Notes: generated by a model not told the origin, from the sequence alone. A stretch of 64,000 nt of DNA from Chlamydiia bacterium (GCA_963804085.1 CAWDOQ010000010.1:32001-96000), one strand, 5' to 3'; shown: positions 41,922 to 52,212, counted from the first letter of the stretch. Made by a program: numbers and translations.

Positions 41922-44488
41922 AAAATACGGCACTTATCATGTTCGCTGTAATCTGCGCGCACGTGCTCTAACTCTTGATCATCCACAGGGCATTTGCGTA
42001 GATCCCACACTTGCGCGGAGTAGTTGGCGATCGACTCGTCTGTAGAGAATTTACTCATCCCGGCGATGTTGTGTATTGCAAATTCTGCCCACTTTTCAGG
42101 CTGGACATAGAGATCTTCGACCTTCTTTTGCGTGTCATAGTAGCTTTGAAGATCGGCGAGGACAAAGTAGCGATCCGCCACACTTCCGTTAAACTTCTCC
42201 AAAAGGGTGTGGTAGAGGCTGAGGAGTGACTGGTGTTCTGATTCATTCTCAGCAAGTGAGTGGTCGCGCAGCGCGTCTATCGCCTGGCGGATCGCGCTGT
42301 TATGCATGTAAATATCCCAAGGGCTATAGGTGCCCTGCTCGCGCAAAACTATAATCTGATCTGCGGTTAAGCCGAAACCGAAGGGCCACCACTGGTCGGT
42401 CACCTCTTTGTGCATTTCGATATTGGCCCCATCCTCTGTTCCGATTGTGAGTGCGCCATTCATCGCAAGCTTCATGTTGCCGGTTCCTGACGCTTCCATA
42501 CCTGCGGTCGAAATCTGCTGGGATAGGTCGGCTGCAGGGATGATCTTTTCTGCGCGTGAGACGTTATAATTTTCGATAAAGACCACTTTTAAGAGCGGGC
42601 TTACTGCAGGGTCGCGATTGACCTTGCGCGCGATGCATTCGATTAGACGTATCACATTTTTGGCGACATCATAGCCAGGGGCCGCTTTGCCTCCAAAGAG
42701 GACCATGCGCTTTATTTTGCGCGCATTGGGATCTGCCTTAAGCTCGTGATAGAGCATAAGGACGTGGAGCGCATTCATGAGCTGTCTTTTATACTCGTGT
42801 ATCCGCTTGATCTGCACATCGAAAAGAGCCTCTTCATCTAGAGCTGTTGACGCGGCGATTACCTTGCCTCTAAAGTCGCGGATCGGGTTCTTCTCTGCAA
42901 GAAATTGGATAAGGTCGCGCTTATTCTCTTTCTTAATTTTTAAAAACTCTTTTTGGCTCGCACTGTCTGATGCAAATTTGGCAATCTCGCGCATCTTGTT
43001 AAAATCGGTGATCCATTCACTGCCTATCCGCTTGTTCAGAAACTCTGCAAGACGAGGGTTGGCATTTAAGAGCCAGCGTCTTTGTGTGACTCCGTTTGTC
43101 ACATTGATAAATTTGTCGGGATACATCTCGTAAAAGTCTTTAAAGATCGTCTTTTTCAAGAGCTCGGTATGGAGCGCTGCTACCCCATTCACTCTGTGGG
43201 TGCCATAGGTCAAAAGATAGGCCATTTTTACTTGCCCCTCTTCGACAAAGGACATGCGTCTTACGCGCTCTTCATCGCCGGGAAACTTTTGTCTCACAGA
43301 GTTACAAAATTCTAAGTTGAGCCGTTCGATGATCTGGTACTGGCGCGGCAAAAGATTATGAAGGCGCCCCTGGTTCCACTCTTCTAACGACTCGCGCAAG
43401 ATCGTATGGTTTGTGTAGCTACAGCAGGTTTTGACCACCTCCCAAGCCTCTCCCCAGCCAAAATCGTAATCTTTGGTGAGAAGACGCATGAGTTCGATTA
43501 CGACTAGAGCGGGATGGGTGTCGTTAATCTGGATGCGGACTTTGTCAGCAAAAAGCGAGAGATCCCCATATCGCTTAAGATAGTGGTTGAAGATATCTTG
43601 AATAGAGGCAGCAGCTAAAAGAAACTCCTGCTTGAGCCGGATCCGTTTTCCCACCTCATTGTTATCATTGGGATAAAGAACGTCTGTGAGCGCTGAATTC
43701 TCCCCGGCTTGATCTAAGTGCCCTGCGTTAAAGCGCTGCAACTGAAAGTTGCGAGGAGACTCCTTGGTCGTCCATAGGCGCAAGGTGAGCACAGTGAAAT
43801 CGGGCGCATTTTTGTAGCCGATGATTGGCATATCGTAAGCAAGCGCTCTCACCTCTTCAAAGTCTACTAGGTCGTAGACTTCAACCCCCTTCTTGTTAAC
43901 CGCCGGGAGCATACGCCCCGAGTAGAAGACAGAGACTGCGTGATCATCGCGCCGAAACTCCCAAGGATTTTCATGCAAAAGCCAGGTGTCGGGACGCTCG
44001 ACTTGTACCCCGTCCCACACCTCTTGATCGAAGATCCCATATTGATAACGCAGACCATATCCCACTGCCGGATACTCCTGCGTAGCAAGCGAATCAAGTA
44101 GGCATGCTGCAAGCCTGCCCAGGCCTCCGTTTCCGAGTCCCGGATCGGGCTCCATTAGAAGCTCCGTTTCAAACTTGCGGTTCATTTTTTTCATCACCAG
44201 CTTGATGAGATCTATCGCGCTCATGTTGGTGATGTTATTGCCCATCAGCCTGCCGGGCATATACTCCATGCAAAGGTAGTAGAGGGTGCGCGGATGTTTT
44301 TTATGGAAAGTATGGGCGCTGGCTGTCCAGTTGATCATGATCTCTTCGCGCAGTGTGAGCGAAAAGGCGCGATAGAACTCCTCATTATTGGCCTCGTCGA
44401 CGGTGACTGCCATAGTCGTGATGAGGTAGTGCTTGATCTTCTGAACAAGCATCTCCGCTTTATAATCTAACTGTGGATCAAGTGTCAT
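41918..44488 (-). CDS. glgP: Glycogen phosphorylase
   Basis: GLGNGGLGRLAAC, NDTHP, KRIHEYKRQ, EASGTGNMK. Confidence 0.97.
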   Translation of the reverse strand: MTLDPQLDYKAEMLVQKIKHYLITTMAVTVDEANNEEFYRAFSLTLREEIMINWTASAHTFHKKHPRTLYYLCMEYMPGRLMGNNITNMSAIDLIKLVMKKMNRKFETELLMEPDPGLGNGGLGRLAACLLDSLATQEYPAVGYGLRYQYGIFDQEVWDGVQVERPDTWLLHENPWEFRRDDHAVSVFYSGRMLPAVNKKGVEVYDLVDFEEVRALAYDMPIIGYKNAPDFTVLTLRLWTTKESPRNFQLQRFNAGHLDQAGENSALTDVLYPNDNNEVGKRIRLKQEFLLAAASIQDIFNHYLKRYGDLSLFADKVRIQINDTHPALVVIELMRLLTKDYDFGWGEAWEVVKTCCSYTNHTILRESLEEWNQGRLHNLLPRQYQIIERLNLEFCNSVRQKFPGDEERVRRMSFVEEGQVKMAYLLTYGTHRVNGVAALHTELLKKTIFKDFYEMYPDKFINVTNGVTQRRWLLNANPRLAEFLNKRIGSEWITDFNKMREIAKFASDSASQKEFLKIKKENKRDLIQFLAEKNPIRDFRGKVIAASTALDEEALFDVQIKRIHEYKRQLMNALHVLMLYHELKADPNARKIKRMVLFGGKAAPGYDVAKNVIRLIECIARKVNRDPAVSPLLKVVFIENYNVSRAEKIIPAADLSQQISTAGMEASGTGNMKLAMNGALTIGTEDGANIEMHKEVTDQWWPFGFGLTADQIIVLREQGTYSPWDIYMHNSAIRQAIDALRDHSLAENESEHQSLLSLYHTLLEKFNGSVADRYFVLADLQSYYDTQKKVEDLYVQPEKWAEFAIHNIAGMSKFSTDESIANYSAQVWDLRKCPVDDQELEHVRADYSEHDKCRIF

Positions 44489-44550
44489 ATTCTGAACCTT
44501 AGAATAAAAAAAATTTTAAATCATTAGACATTTCGATTATACGGAGGATT

Positions 44551-45957
44551 ATGAAGAAATATGAACTGATCGTCATCGGCACGGGGCCTGCGGGGGAGAA
44601 GGCAGCCGTCAAAGCGGCTTATTTCGGCCACAAGGTCGCGATCATCGAAAAAGAGAAGCTATTTGGCGGCGCAGAAGTCGTTACGGGTACACTCCCCTCC
44701 AAAACGCTCAAAGAGACAGCGCTCTATTTTTCTGGAAAATATGAAAAGGGGCTATATGGGGTCGACCGCGATCTGCAGCATGAGGCGTCGATCGAAGACT
44801 TCATGTACAGAAAAAACCAAGTGAGCGCATCGGAGGGCCAAGAGATCTACGAAAACCTGATGCGTCATGGCGTTGACATCTATCACGGCACCGCCTCATT
44901 CCAAGATCCGCATACGATCAGCGTCTCGGGAGAGAAGAATGAGGAGATTTGGGGCGAGCATATCCTAATTGCGACCGGCTCCTACCCTTACCATCCTGCT
45001 AACATCCCCTTTGATGGGGTCCGCATACACGATTCGGATACGATCTTACAGATTAAGCGTTTTCCCAAATCCCTCTGCGTAGTCGGCGCCGGTGTCATCG
45101 GGTGCGAATATGCAACTATTTTCTCGACTATTGGCACGCACGTTTTTCTCGTAAACGACAAAGAGAAGATCATGCCTTTTATCGACCAGGAGGTCGCACG
45201 AGAGCTTATCTTTCAGATGCATAACAACGAGGTAGAGATTCTCTTTAACACCTCCATCGAATCTGTAGAGCCGCCCAAAAACGAGAAAGATATGGTTCGT
45301 GTCAAGCTAAAGACCGGACAGATACTCGAAGTGGACATGTTCCTCTTTGCTGCGGGAAGAAATGGCAATTTGGGCGCGCTAAACTGCGAAAAAGCGGGGC
45401 TGAAGGTGGGCGAACGTGAAACGCTGGTAGTAAATGAAAAGTATCAGACAAATGTCCCGCATATCTATGCTGCTGGCGATGTGATCGGTTTTCCGGCCCT
45501 CGCCTCTACGAGCATGGATCAGGGACGGGTCGCCGTCGCGCACATCTTCCAGACAGAAGACTTAAAGCATCTACCCTCCTTCTTCCCTTTCGGCATCTAC
45601 ACCGTGCCAGAGATCTCGATGGTCGGGCTGACAGAAGAGGGGGCGCAAAAGATAAACCTCGCATATTGCACAGGAAAAGCGCGCTACTCAGACATGGCCC
45701 GCGGTAAGATCATGGGCGCAAAAGCAGGATTTCTCAAAATCGTCTTTAATCGCAACGACATGGTCATCCGCGGCGTGCACATCATCGGCAACATCGCTAC
45801 CGAGCTCATCCACTACGGCCTTAGCCTCGTCGAGACCAATAGCACCCTCTACGACGTGATCGGCCATGTCTTCAACTACCCGACCCTCCACGACCTCTAC
45901 AAGTACGCCGCCTACGACGGCCTCAGCAACCTCACCGGCCACAAAGTCAAACCTTAA
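44551..45957 (+). CDS. sthA: Soluble (Si-specific) NAD(P)+ transhydrogenase
   Basis: GTGPAG, GTLPSKTL without redox CxxxxC, LASTSMDQGR, FNYPTL. Confidence 0.9.
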   Translation: MKKYELIVIGTGPAGEKAAVKAAYFGHKVAIIEKEKLFGGAEVVTGTLPSKTLKETALYFSGKYEKGLYGVDRDLQHEASIEDFMYRKNQVSASEGQEIYENLMRHGVDIYHGTASFQDPHTISVSGEKNEEIWGEHILIATGSYPYHPANIPFDGVRIHDSDTILQIKRFPKSLCVVGAGVIGCEYATIFSTIGTHVFLVNDKEKIMPFIDQEVARELIFQMHNNEVEILFNTSIESVEPPKNEKDMVRVKLKTGQILEVDMFLFAAGRNGNLGALNCEKAGLKVGERETLVVNEKYQTNVPHIYAAGDVIGFPALASTSMDQGRVAVAHIFQTEDLKHLPSFFPFGIYTVPEISMVGLTEEGAQKINLAYCTGKARYSDMARGKIMGAKAGFLKIVFNRNDMVIRGVHIIGNIATELIHYGLSLVETNSTLYDVIGHVFNYPTLHDLYKYAAYDGLSNLTGHKVKP

Positions 45958-47120
45958 GTTACAAGAGGTAAGTTGGGTTGTAGTTGTCTTAAAAATTGCT
46001 CAACAGGAAGACAGAGCACATTTTTATATTGGATGGGCGAGGTGCCACGATAGAGTAGTAGCGGTTTGGCTTCGGGATAATCTTCGATGAAATGATGTAA
46101 TCCTCGCACATCTTCAGGAGACACAATACGGCTATTTTTAACTTCTATTGCATAGCAGCCCATCTCTCCATAAATAATGAAATCAACTTCTAATCCGGCT
46201 TTTGTACGCCAGAAATGAAGATCATGACGTCCTTTAGTGTAATGGACCCAAGCACGCAAATGTTGGAATACAAGACCTTCGAGTGCTGGACCATCGATAT
46301 CTGAAGCAGAATCTCCGGGTCCCATTTTACGCAAGGCGCGAAAAACTCCTACATCGAAAAAATAGAACTTAGGATGTTGTGACAAATCACGTTTAGCACG
46401 ATGACTGAAAACATCTATCCGCACCGAGAGGAGGAGATCCTCTAAGATTGAAATATAATTATCGACAGCATGTCTTTTTACGGAGCTTTCACGGGCAACA
46501 TTAGTGATATTCAGAAGTTGCGCATGAGAAAAACTCATCACATGTAAAAAACGCGTAAATTGTCCTACATTTCGCACGAGCGCTTCCGCTTGGACTTCTT
46601 CGTCGATGTATACACCGGCATAAGTGGAAAGCAGCTCTTCCGGTTCTTCTGCTTCCCATGCCAAGGGAAGCATTCCGATCTTTAACGCCTTTTCTAATGA
46701 AAATTGCCCTCCTAGCTCTATTGCAATAAAAGGATCGAGATATTTGATAAGAGCCCTACCACCAAGAAGATCGGCACCTCCTCTCTTCAGCTTGCGAGCA
46801 GAAGAGCCGGTCAAGATAAATTGAACTCCCAATTTTTCTTCGATCAAACTATGGACAACTGCTAAAAGATCAGGGACTTTTTGTACTTCGTCGATGATGA
46901 CAAAGGCTGGTTTGGGCAATGCAGTAACTTCTTTTATCAGTTCATCGGGATAGGCTCGAAACTTTTCACGGAGTGAGGAAAGAAGAAGATTCAGATATAA
47001 AGCTTCTGGAAAGAGAGTTTTCATCCATGTCGACTTGCCCGTTCCTCGAGGGCCAAAAAGAAAAAAACTCTGCTTGGGAGGAGCGAAGAGCCTTCTTACC
47101 AACTCCTTTTTTTGGTTCAT
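45954..47120 (-). CDS. AAA+ ATPase with DUF4143 C-terminal domain
   Basis: GPRGTGKST, IDEVQK, TGSS, PKFYFFD, EVDF...AIEVK. Confidence 0.88.
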   Translation of the reverse strand: MNQKKELVRRLFAPPKQSFFLFGPRGTGKSTWMKTLFPEALYLNLLLSSLREKFRAYPDELIKEVTALPKPAFVIIDEVQKVPDLLAVVHSLIEEKLGVQFILTGSSARKLKRGGADLLGGRALIKYLDPFIAIELGGQFSLEKALKIGMLPLAWEAEEPEELLSTYAGVYIDEEVQAEALVRNVGQFTRFLHVMSFSHAQLLNITNVARESSVKRHAVDNYISILEDLLLSVRIDVFSHRAKRDLSQHPKFYFFDVGVFRALRKMGPGDSASDIDGPALEGLVFQHLRAWVHYTKGRHDLHFWRTKAGLEVDFIIYGEMGCYAIEVKNSRIVSPEDVRGLHHFIEDYPEAKPLLLYRGTSPIQYKNVLCLPVEQFLRQLQPNLPLVT

Positions 47121-47318
47121 AACCTCATTTCTCCATCCTTTTTTCAACTTCATCTTACATTTTTCCTTTGTTAAAACCCACACAAAACCATAACACGCTC
47201 TAAATTAGCTGGTTGCGAAAAAGAGTGCCCCAAAGCGAGAAATGGACCTGAAAAGGACGGTAATGGACGCGGCGAAGAAAATAGTTTCTGTTGTTTTGCT
47301 CTTTTCGTTTAAGGGGCA

Positions 47319-48437
47319 ATGTTGTTAGTCTGGGCGTGTGGTGGAAGCGTGAGCGTTAAAAATAGTGTTCTCAAGTGTTTGGTGTGGCTCTTCCGGGTGA
47401 AGAAGAAATCGGGGAGGGAGCGCCGTTTTCTCATCGTCTCAACGACGGGGCTCGGCGATAGTTTGTGGGCAACTCCTGCTATCAAAGCGCTGCGTCAGAG
47501 CCTGCCTGATTGCTACCTTGCGGTCTTGACAAGTCCTATCGGCAAGGAGATCTTCAAACACAATCGCCAGATAGATGAACTGTTCGTCGTAAAAAAACCT
47601 ATTCTGCTCTCGCTTTTTTTTCTTCTTTTTAAACTGCGCAAAAAAGAGATCGGGTCAATACTCCTTTTTCACACGTCCCAAAGAGCAGTTCTTCCCTTCT
47701 GCGCGCTCTTGGGGGCATGGAGGATTATCGGAACGGAAGGGATGAGCAAGGGGCTCGACTCACTTCTAACTGTTGCAGTAGATAAAAAGCCGATCCATGA
47801 GATCGAACGGCGGCTCGAGATCGTCTCTAAAGTCGGAGCGCACACCCTCGACCCGACTCTCGAATTTTATGTAACCGAGAGCGAAGAAGAGAGGTGCGAT
47901 AACTTCATAAAAAGAGAGGGCATCCCTTCTTATCTTCCTCTTGTCGGCCTCCATCCTGGCGCAAAAGACGCCTTTAAAAAGTGGCCTCCGGAGAAGTTTA
48001 TCGCTCTTGGCAACCGACTCGTCGACCACTTCGGCTGCCAGATCCTGGTCACAGGAAATGCGGAAGAAAAACCACTCGCAGAGAAGATCGTAAAAGGGAT
48101 TAAAGGCGCAGTATCTGCAGCGGGCCTACTCTCTTTGGGCGAGATGGGAGCGCTGATCAAGCGGATGTCTCTCATGGTAACTAACGATACGGGACCTATG
48201 CATGTCGCCTTTGCGCTCAAAACGCCCACGGTCGCTCTATTTGCGCCGACAGATCCCAAACTCTGCGGCCCTTATTTTATGCCTCTTTCTCATGTGATTG
48301 CAAAGAGGCGCACCTGTACCCCCTGCTTGAGAAAAAAGTGTCAGGATCCTTTCTGTATGCTTCAGATTTCCGAGGAGGAGGTTTACGACGCGGCCGTTCA
48401 ACTATTCTATAAGAGCAAAGCTGTTGAAAAGAGATAA
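47319..48437 (+). CDS. Glycosyltransferase family 9 (heptosyltransferase-like); start may be GTG 47349
   Basis: GLGD, HPGA....KKWP, NDTGPMHVA.A. Confidence 0.9.
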   Translation: MLLVWACGGSVSVKNSVLKCLVWLFRVKKKSGRERRFLIVSTTGLGDSLWATPAIKALRQSLPDCYLAVLTSPIGKEIFKHNRQIDELFVVKKPILLSLFFLLFKLRKKEIGSILLFHTSQRAVLPFCALLGAWRIIGTEGMSKGLDSLLTVAVDKKPIHEIERRLEIVSKVGAHTLDPTLEFYVTESEEERCDNFIKREGIPSYLPLVGLHPGAKDAFKKWPPEKFIALGNRLVDHFGCQILVTGNAEEKPLAEKIVKGIKGAVSAAGLLSLGEMGALIKRMSLMVTNDTGPMHVAFALKTPTVALFAPTDPKLCGPYFMPLSHVIAKRRTCTPCLRKKCQDPFCMLQISEEEVYDAAVQLFYKSKAVEKR

Positions 48438-49590
48438 CCCCCTCATCTACATCGTCATCTTGAACTGGAATGGAAAAGAAGACACGCTTGCTTGTCTCAG
48501 CTCTCTAGAAAGAGTTCTTTATGCTCCTTTTCGGACAGTTGTCGTAGATAATGGCTCGACCGATGGATCGATAGAGGCGATCCGCGCAAAGTTTCGTCAA
48601 GAGCCACTTGCAAAAATCCCCGCCCCAGAAAAATCGAAGATTTTGAGTCAGTTTGCTGGGGCTGGCAGCAGCCCGAATCCCGCCAGCGGGGACATACTCG
48701 AGGAGAGTAGGACCCGATGGCCGGACAGCAAAATGGCTCAAAAGGGCAATTTTGCTGCGGCGGGGATTTTTGCAAGTGGCTCTCAAGTCACGCTGATCGA
48801 AAATGGGAAAAACTTAGGCTTTGCGGGTGGAAATAATGTCGGCATCCGCTTGGCACTTGTTGAGGGAGCAGACGCTATTTTTCTACTCAACAATGATACG
48901 GTTGTAGACCCTTATATTTTACAGGCATTTGCAAGTTCGTTATTAAACCATCCGGAAGCGGGCATTTTTGGCGCTAAACTCTACCTGCATAATGAACCCG
49001 ATCGCTTTGATCATTTGGGTGGCAGATGGAACAAAAAGAGGGCCGCTTTTGATTTTGTGGCTTTGCGTGAAAAAGATATAGGCCAGGAGCATCCCGCTCT
49101 TGACTACGCTTGCGGCGCTGCCCTTTTTGTCAAAAAAGAGGTGTTTGAAGCGGTGGGCCTTTTGGAGGAGAACTTTTTTCTGATCTGGGAAGAGGCCGAC
49201 TTTTGTGTGCGGGCGAGGCGCGCAGGCTTTCTTTCCCTCCTCTCAACTGACGCCAAAGTCTGGCATAAGGTCTCGGCCTCCTTTGTTGGAGGAAAGCCCC
49301 ACTCCACCTACTTCTGGTGGCGCGGTAGGCTACTCTGGATCGAAAGAAACTGTACGTTCTCTGAAAAAATAAGACTATATACCAGAGTCCTCATCCCTGA
49401 AATTTTTCACATTTGGAAACTGAGCATTCTGAAAAGCGCCCAGCTTAAACTGAATTCCCTTATTTCACCTGGACGCGACCAGACTCAAAAAAGAGAAAAG
49501 ATTGTAAAATATCGGGCAGCATTGCAAGGTGTAAAAGACTATCTATTTCGCAGGTTTGGCAGTGGGCCTGCTTGGATTTATAGTAGATAA
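48424..49590 (+). CDS. Glycosyltransferase family 2 carrying an in-frame 62-aa MITE-derived insert
   Basis: ILNWN, DNGSTDGS, NLGFAGGNN, LLNND, EEADF. Confidence 0.9.
   Translation: MKRDNPLIYIVILNWNGKEDTLACLSSLERVLYAPFRTVVVDNGSTDGSIEAIRAKFRQEPLAKIPAPEKSKILSQFAGAGSSPNPASGDILEESRTRWPDSKMAQKGNFAAAGIFASGSQVTLIENGKNLGFAGGNNVGIRLALVEGADAIFLLNNDTVVDPYILQAFASSLLNHPEAGIFGAKLYLHNEPDRFDHLGGRWNKKRAAFDFVALREKDIGQEHPALDYACGAALFVKKEVFEAVGLLEENFFLIWEEADFCVRARRAGFLSLLSTDAKVWHKVSASFVGGKPHSTYFWWRGRLLWIERNCTFSEKIRLYTRVLIPEIFHIWKLSILKSAQLKLNSLISPGRDQTQKREKIVKYRAALQGVKDYLFRRFGSGPAWIYSR
48601..48782. mobile_element. 182-bp MITE/palindromic element with 24-bp TIRs and TCAA duplication
   Basis: gagccacttgcaaaaatccccgcc (48601-48624) / ggcggggatttttgcaagtggctc (48759-48782); tcaa at 48597-48600 and 48783-48786. 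Confidence 0.9.
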
Positions 49591-49618
49591 CGTGGTATAA
49601 CGAAAATAAATAAAAAAC

Positions 49619-50533
49619 ATGAGCTTTATGAATCATTTTTTACGCTGGATCTTCTGTGCACTTCTCCTCTTTCTCGCAGGGTGCGAGACAAATATGATCA
49701 TTGTCAACGATGTGGAAGAGCGAGAGGCCAATGAGATCATCGTCTTTTTGGCGAGCAAAAATATCGCGGCAGACAAGATGCCCTCTCCCACTGCCGGCCC
49801 GGCCGGCGGCACAACTGTCAGCCTCTGGAGCATTGCTGTTCCCCCCACAAAAGCGACAGAAGCCATGGGCATCTTAAACCAGAACGGTCTCCCGCGTAAA
49901 AAAGGGACAAATCTTCTCGAGCTCTTTGCCAAGGCGGGGCTGATGTCCTCGGACAAAGAGGAGACGATCCGCTATCAGGCGGGCTTGGGCGAGCAGATCG
50001 CGGGTACAATTCGCAAGATCGACGGGGTAATCGACGCCGACGTGCAGCTCTCCTTTCCTCCTGCAGAAACCGGGGTACCGGGAGCGCCCGGCACCACCCC
50101 TCCAAAAAAGGTGACCGCGTCTGTATACGTGAAGCATCAGGGAGTTCTCGATGACCCCAACAGCCACTTAGTGACAAAGATCAAGCGCTTGGTCGCAGGC
50201 AGCGTAAATGGCCTCGATGTGAACGATGTCACCGTAATCTCAGACCGTTCGCGCTTTACCGACATCACTGTGTCTACTCCTACAGAAGCGATCACCCCAA
50301 AGCCAAAAGAGTATGTCAGCATCTGGTCGATCGTGATGAGCAAGAACTCGACAAGCCGTTTCCGTGTTCTCTTTTTCACGCTTACAATCGCGACCCTTCT
50401 TTTTGGCGCAGGTCTCGGCTGGCTCATCTGGAAATTCTACCCAATCTTAAAAAAAGGGAAGGGGCTAAAAGAGCTGTTAGAACCCATTCCCGTAGAGTCT
50501 AAAATAAAGAAGCCGCCCGAAGAGACTAAATGA
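49619..50533 (+). CDS. sctJ: T3SS inner-ring lipoprotein SctJ/CdsJ
   Basis: LAGC lipobox, EREANEI, IDGVIDA.V, KRLVAGSV.GL. Confidence 0.93.
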   Translation: MSFMNHFLRWIFCALLLFLAGCETNMIIVNDVEEREANEIIVFLASKNIAADKMPSPTAGPAGGTTVSLWSIAVPPTKATEAMGILNQNGLPRKKGTNLLELFAKAGLMSSDKEETIRYQAGLGEQIAGTIRKIDGVIDADVQLSFPPAETGVPGAPGTTPPKKVTASVYVKHQGVLDDPNSHLVTKIKRLVAGSVNGLDVNDVTVISDRSRFTDITVSTPTEAITPKPKEYVSIWSIVMSKNSTSRFRVLFFTLTIATLLFGAGLGWLIWKFYPILKKGKGLKELLEPIPVESKIKKPPEETK

Positions 50534-51399
50534 ACCTAGTGACTGGATCTGTCTGCAAGGCCTTTTTACTACGCTCCTCGCCCGAATTGCAAACGCGCCT
50601 TCTCTCTTTCTTGCCTCCCGAGGAGCTAAAAGAGATGGAAGAGCTCCCCTCTACATTTTATGGGGATCCCTCAGCGGGAATCTCTTCTGATGAAGAGCGT
50701 TTGAAAATGGTCCACCACAGCTGGCTCGCCCTCAACTTTCGCTCCTTATCCGAAAGCGAGGTCCGACTTTTTCTCTCCTCTTTGAGTGAAACGCAAATAA
50801 AAGGTTTAAAAAAGAACCTGCTTTTCTCCAACTCGCTTCTCCCCTTAAATCCTCTTGCGCTTCCCTTTTTACAAAACTCTCTTTGGAAAATGGTGGCAGG
50901 AGATGAGGAGATTTTGCCCTTAGAGTGTCTGCCTGCTTCTTCTTTAAACGGTCTACTCAGTTTTGACGCTTACGAGCTTTTGACTCTCATTGACCTTTTG
51001 GGATTGCACGACTTAGCACTCGAAGTCAAACAGGTCATCGAGACGAGCAAACTCAAAAAAATCTCTCAAGCTCTCTCTCCTCAAGAACAGGCTTTTTTAA
51101 AAGAGCTGCTCCAGAGAAAAGAGAAGGTCTCGTTTAAGCGCATGTCGCTGCAGAAATGGGAGGGAGATGCTCCCTCTTTACGCTCCTTGCTCCATCAGCG
51201 CGGCATCAATCGCCTGGCAAAAGCGCTCTTTACACAAAACTCGAGCCTCCTCTGGTATGTGAGCCACAAGCTGGACGTAGAAAGAGGCCAGATGCTGCTT
51301 AAGCTCGCAGAGCCTTTAGAACATGCTCTTGCAGCAGAAGTTCTTGCAGCGCAAGTCGAAGAAGCACTAGCTTCCATACAACCAACACAAGCGGCATAA
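50530..51399 (+). CDS. T3SS-associated protein between sctJ and sctL (SctK/CdsK position)
   Basis: Position in the chlamydial sctJ-x-sctL operon; HHSW and LGLHDLA motifs. Confidence 0.65.
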   Translation: MNLVTGSVCKAFLLRSSPELQTRLLSFLPPEELKEMEELPSTFYGDPSAGISSDEERLKMVHHSWLALNFRSLSESEVRLFLSSLSETQIKGLKKNLLFSNSLLPLNPLALPFLQNSLWKMVAGDEEILPLECLPASSLNGLLSFDAYELLTLIDLLGLHDLALEVKQVIETSKLKKISQALSPQEQAFLKELLQRKEKVSFKRMSLQKWEGDAPSLRSLLHQRGINRLAKALFTQNSSLLWYVSHKLDVERGQMLLKLAEPLEHALAAEVLAAQVEEALASIQPTQAA

Positions 51400-51400
51400 G

Positions 51401-52024
51401 ATGAAATTTTTTTCGCTCATCTTTAAAGGAGACATCCACACAGCGACGGGAAAGAAGGTGCTCCCCCAAGAGGAGTATAGCGTCCTGCTGGACGCACGCG
51501 AACTCCTCGACAAGGCAAAAGAGGACGCAGAAGCGCTCCACGAAAAGACCAAGGAGGAGTGCAAAAAGCTGCGCAAGAAGACAAAAGAGGAGGGGTTCGA
51601 AGAGGGGCTTGCCAAATTTAACGAGCATCTACTCTACTTCGATACCGAGCTTAAAAAACTGCGCCACGAGATGCAGCAGGCGATCCTGCCGCTTGCTCTA
51701 AAAGCAGCAAAAAAAATTGTCGGAAAAGAGCTGGAAACCCATCCCGAAACGATAGTCGATATTGTCCTCCAGGCACTCGCTCCTGTCACACAGCACCACA
51801 AGATCAAGATCTACGTAAATAAAGCAGAAAAAGAGACCTTGGAAGAGAACAAAGGCCGTATTCGCGAGATCTTGGAGCAGGTAGAGGCGCTCACCATCCA
51901 AGAACGCGCAGACGTTGCCCCTGGCGGCTGCATCATCGAAACGGAAGCCGGCATCATCAATGCAAGCATCGAAAACCAGTGGCGCGCTTTAGAAGCCGCC
52001 TTCGAAAAATACATGAAACGATAA
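51401..52024 (+). CDS. sctL: T3SS stator SctL
   Basis: MKFFSLIF, EEGFEEG, GGCIIETEAGIINA. Confidence 0.92.
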   Translation: MKFFSLIFKGDIHTATGKKVLPQEEYSVLLDARELLDKAKEDAEALHEKTKEECKKLRKKTKEEGFEEGLAKFNEHLLYFDTELKKLRHEMQQAILPLALKAAKKIVGKELETHPETIVDIVLQALAPVTQHHKIKIYVNKAEKETLEENKGRIREILEQVEALTIQERADVAPGGCIIETEAGIINASIENQWRALEAAFEKYMKR

Positions 52025-52048
52025 GCCCCTACCCTTCCTAATATAACT

Positions 52049-52150
52049 TGCCCCTGCCCTGCTGGCCCTTGCCCTCTGCCCGTGCCGTGCCCGATCTTGC
52101 TCTTCTCTTAATTAATCCGGATCGGGCAAGGCAGAGGCACAGGCACGGAG
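52049..52150. repeat. 6-bp-period GC-rich inverted element with ttaatccggatcgg core
   Basis: ttgccc/ctgccc/gtgccc units ... gggcaaggcagaggcacaggcacgg. Confidence 0.7.
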
Positions 52151-52212
52151 TTTGAAGAAACATTATCGCTTCGCAAAAAAATACGATGTGACGTATAACT
52201 CAAAACACTCGC

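Noticed and set aside
45954-47120. AAA-DUF4143 gene as a novel defence system
   Set aside because: Common stand-alone family, no partner genes here
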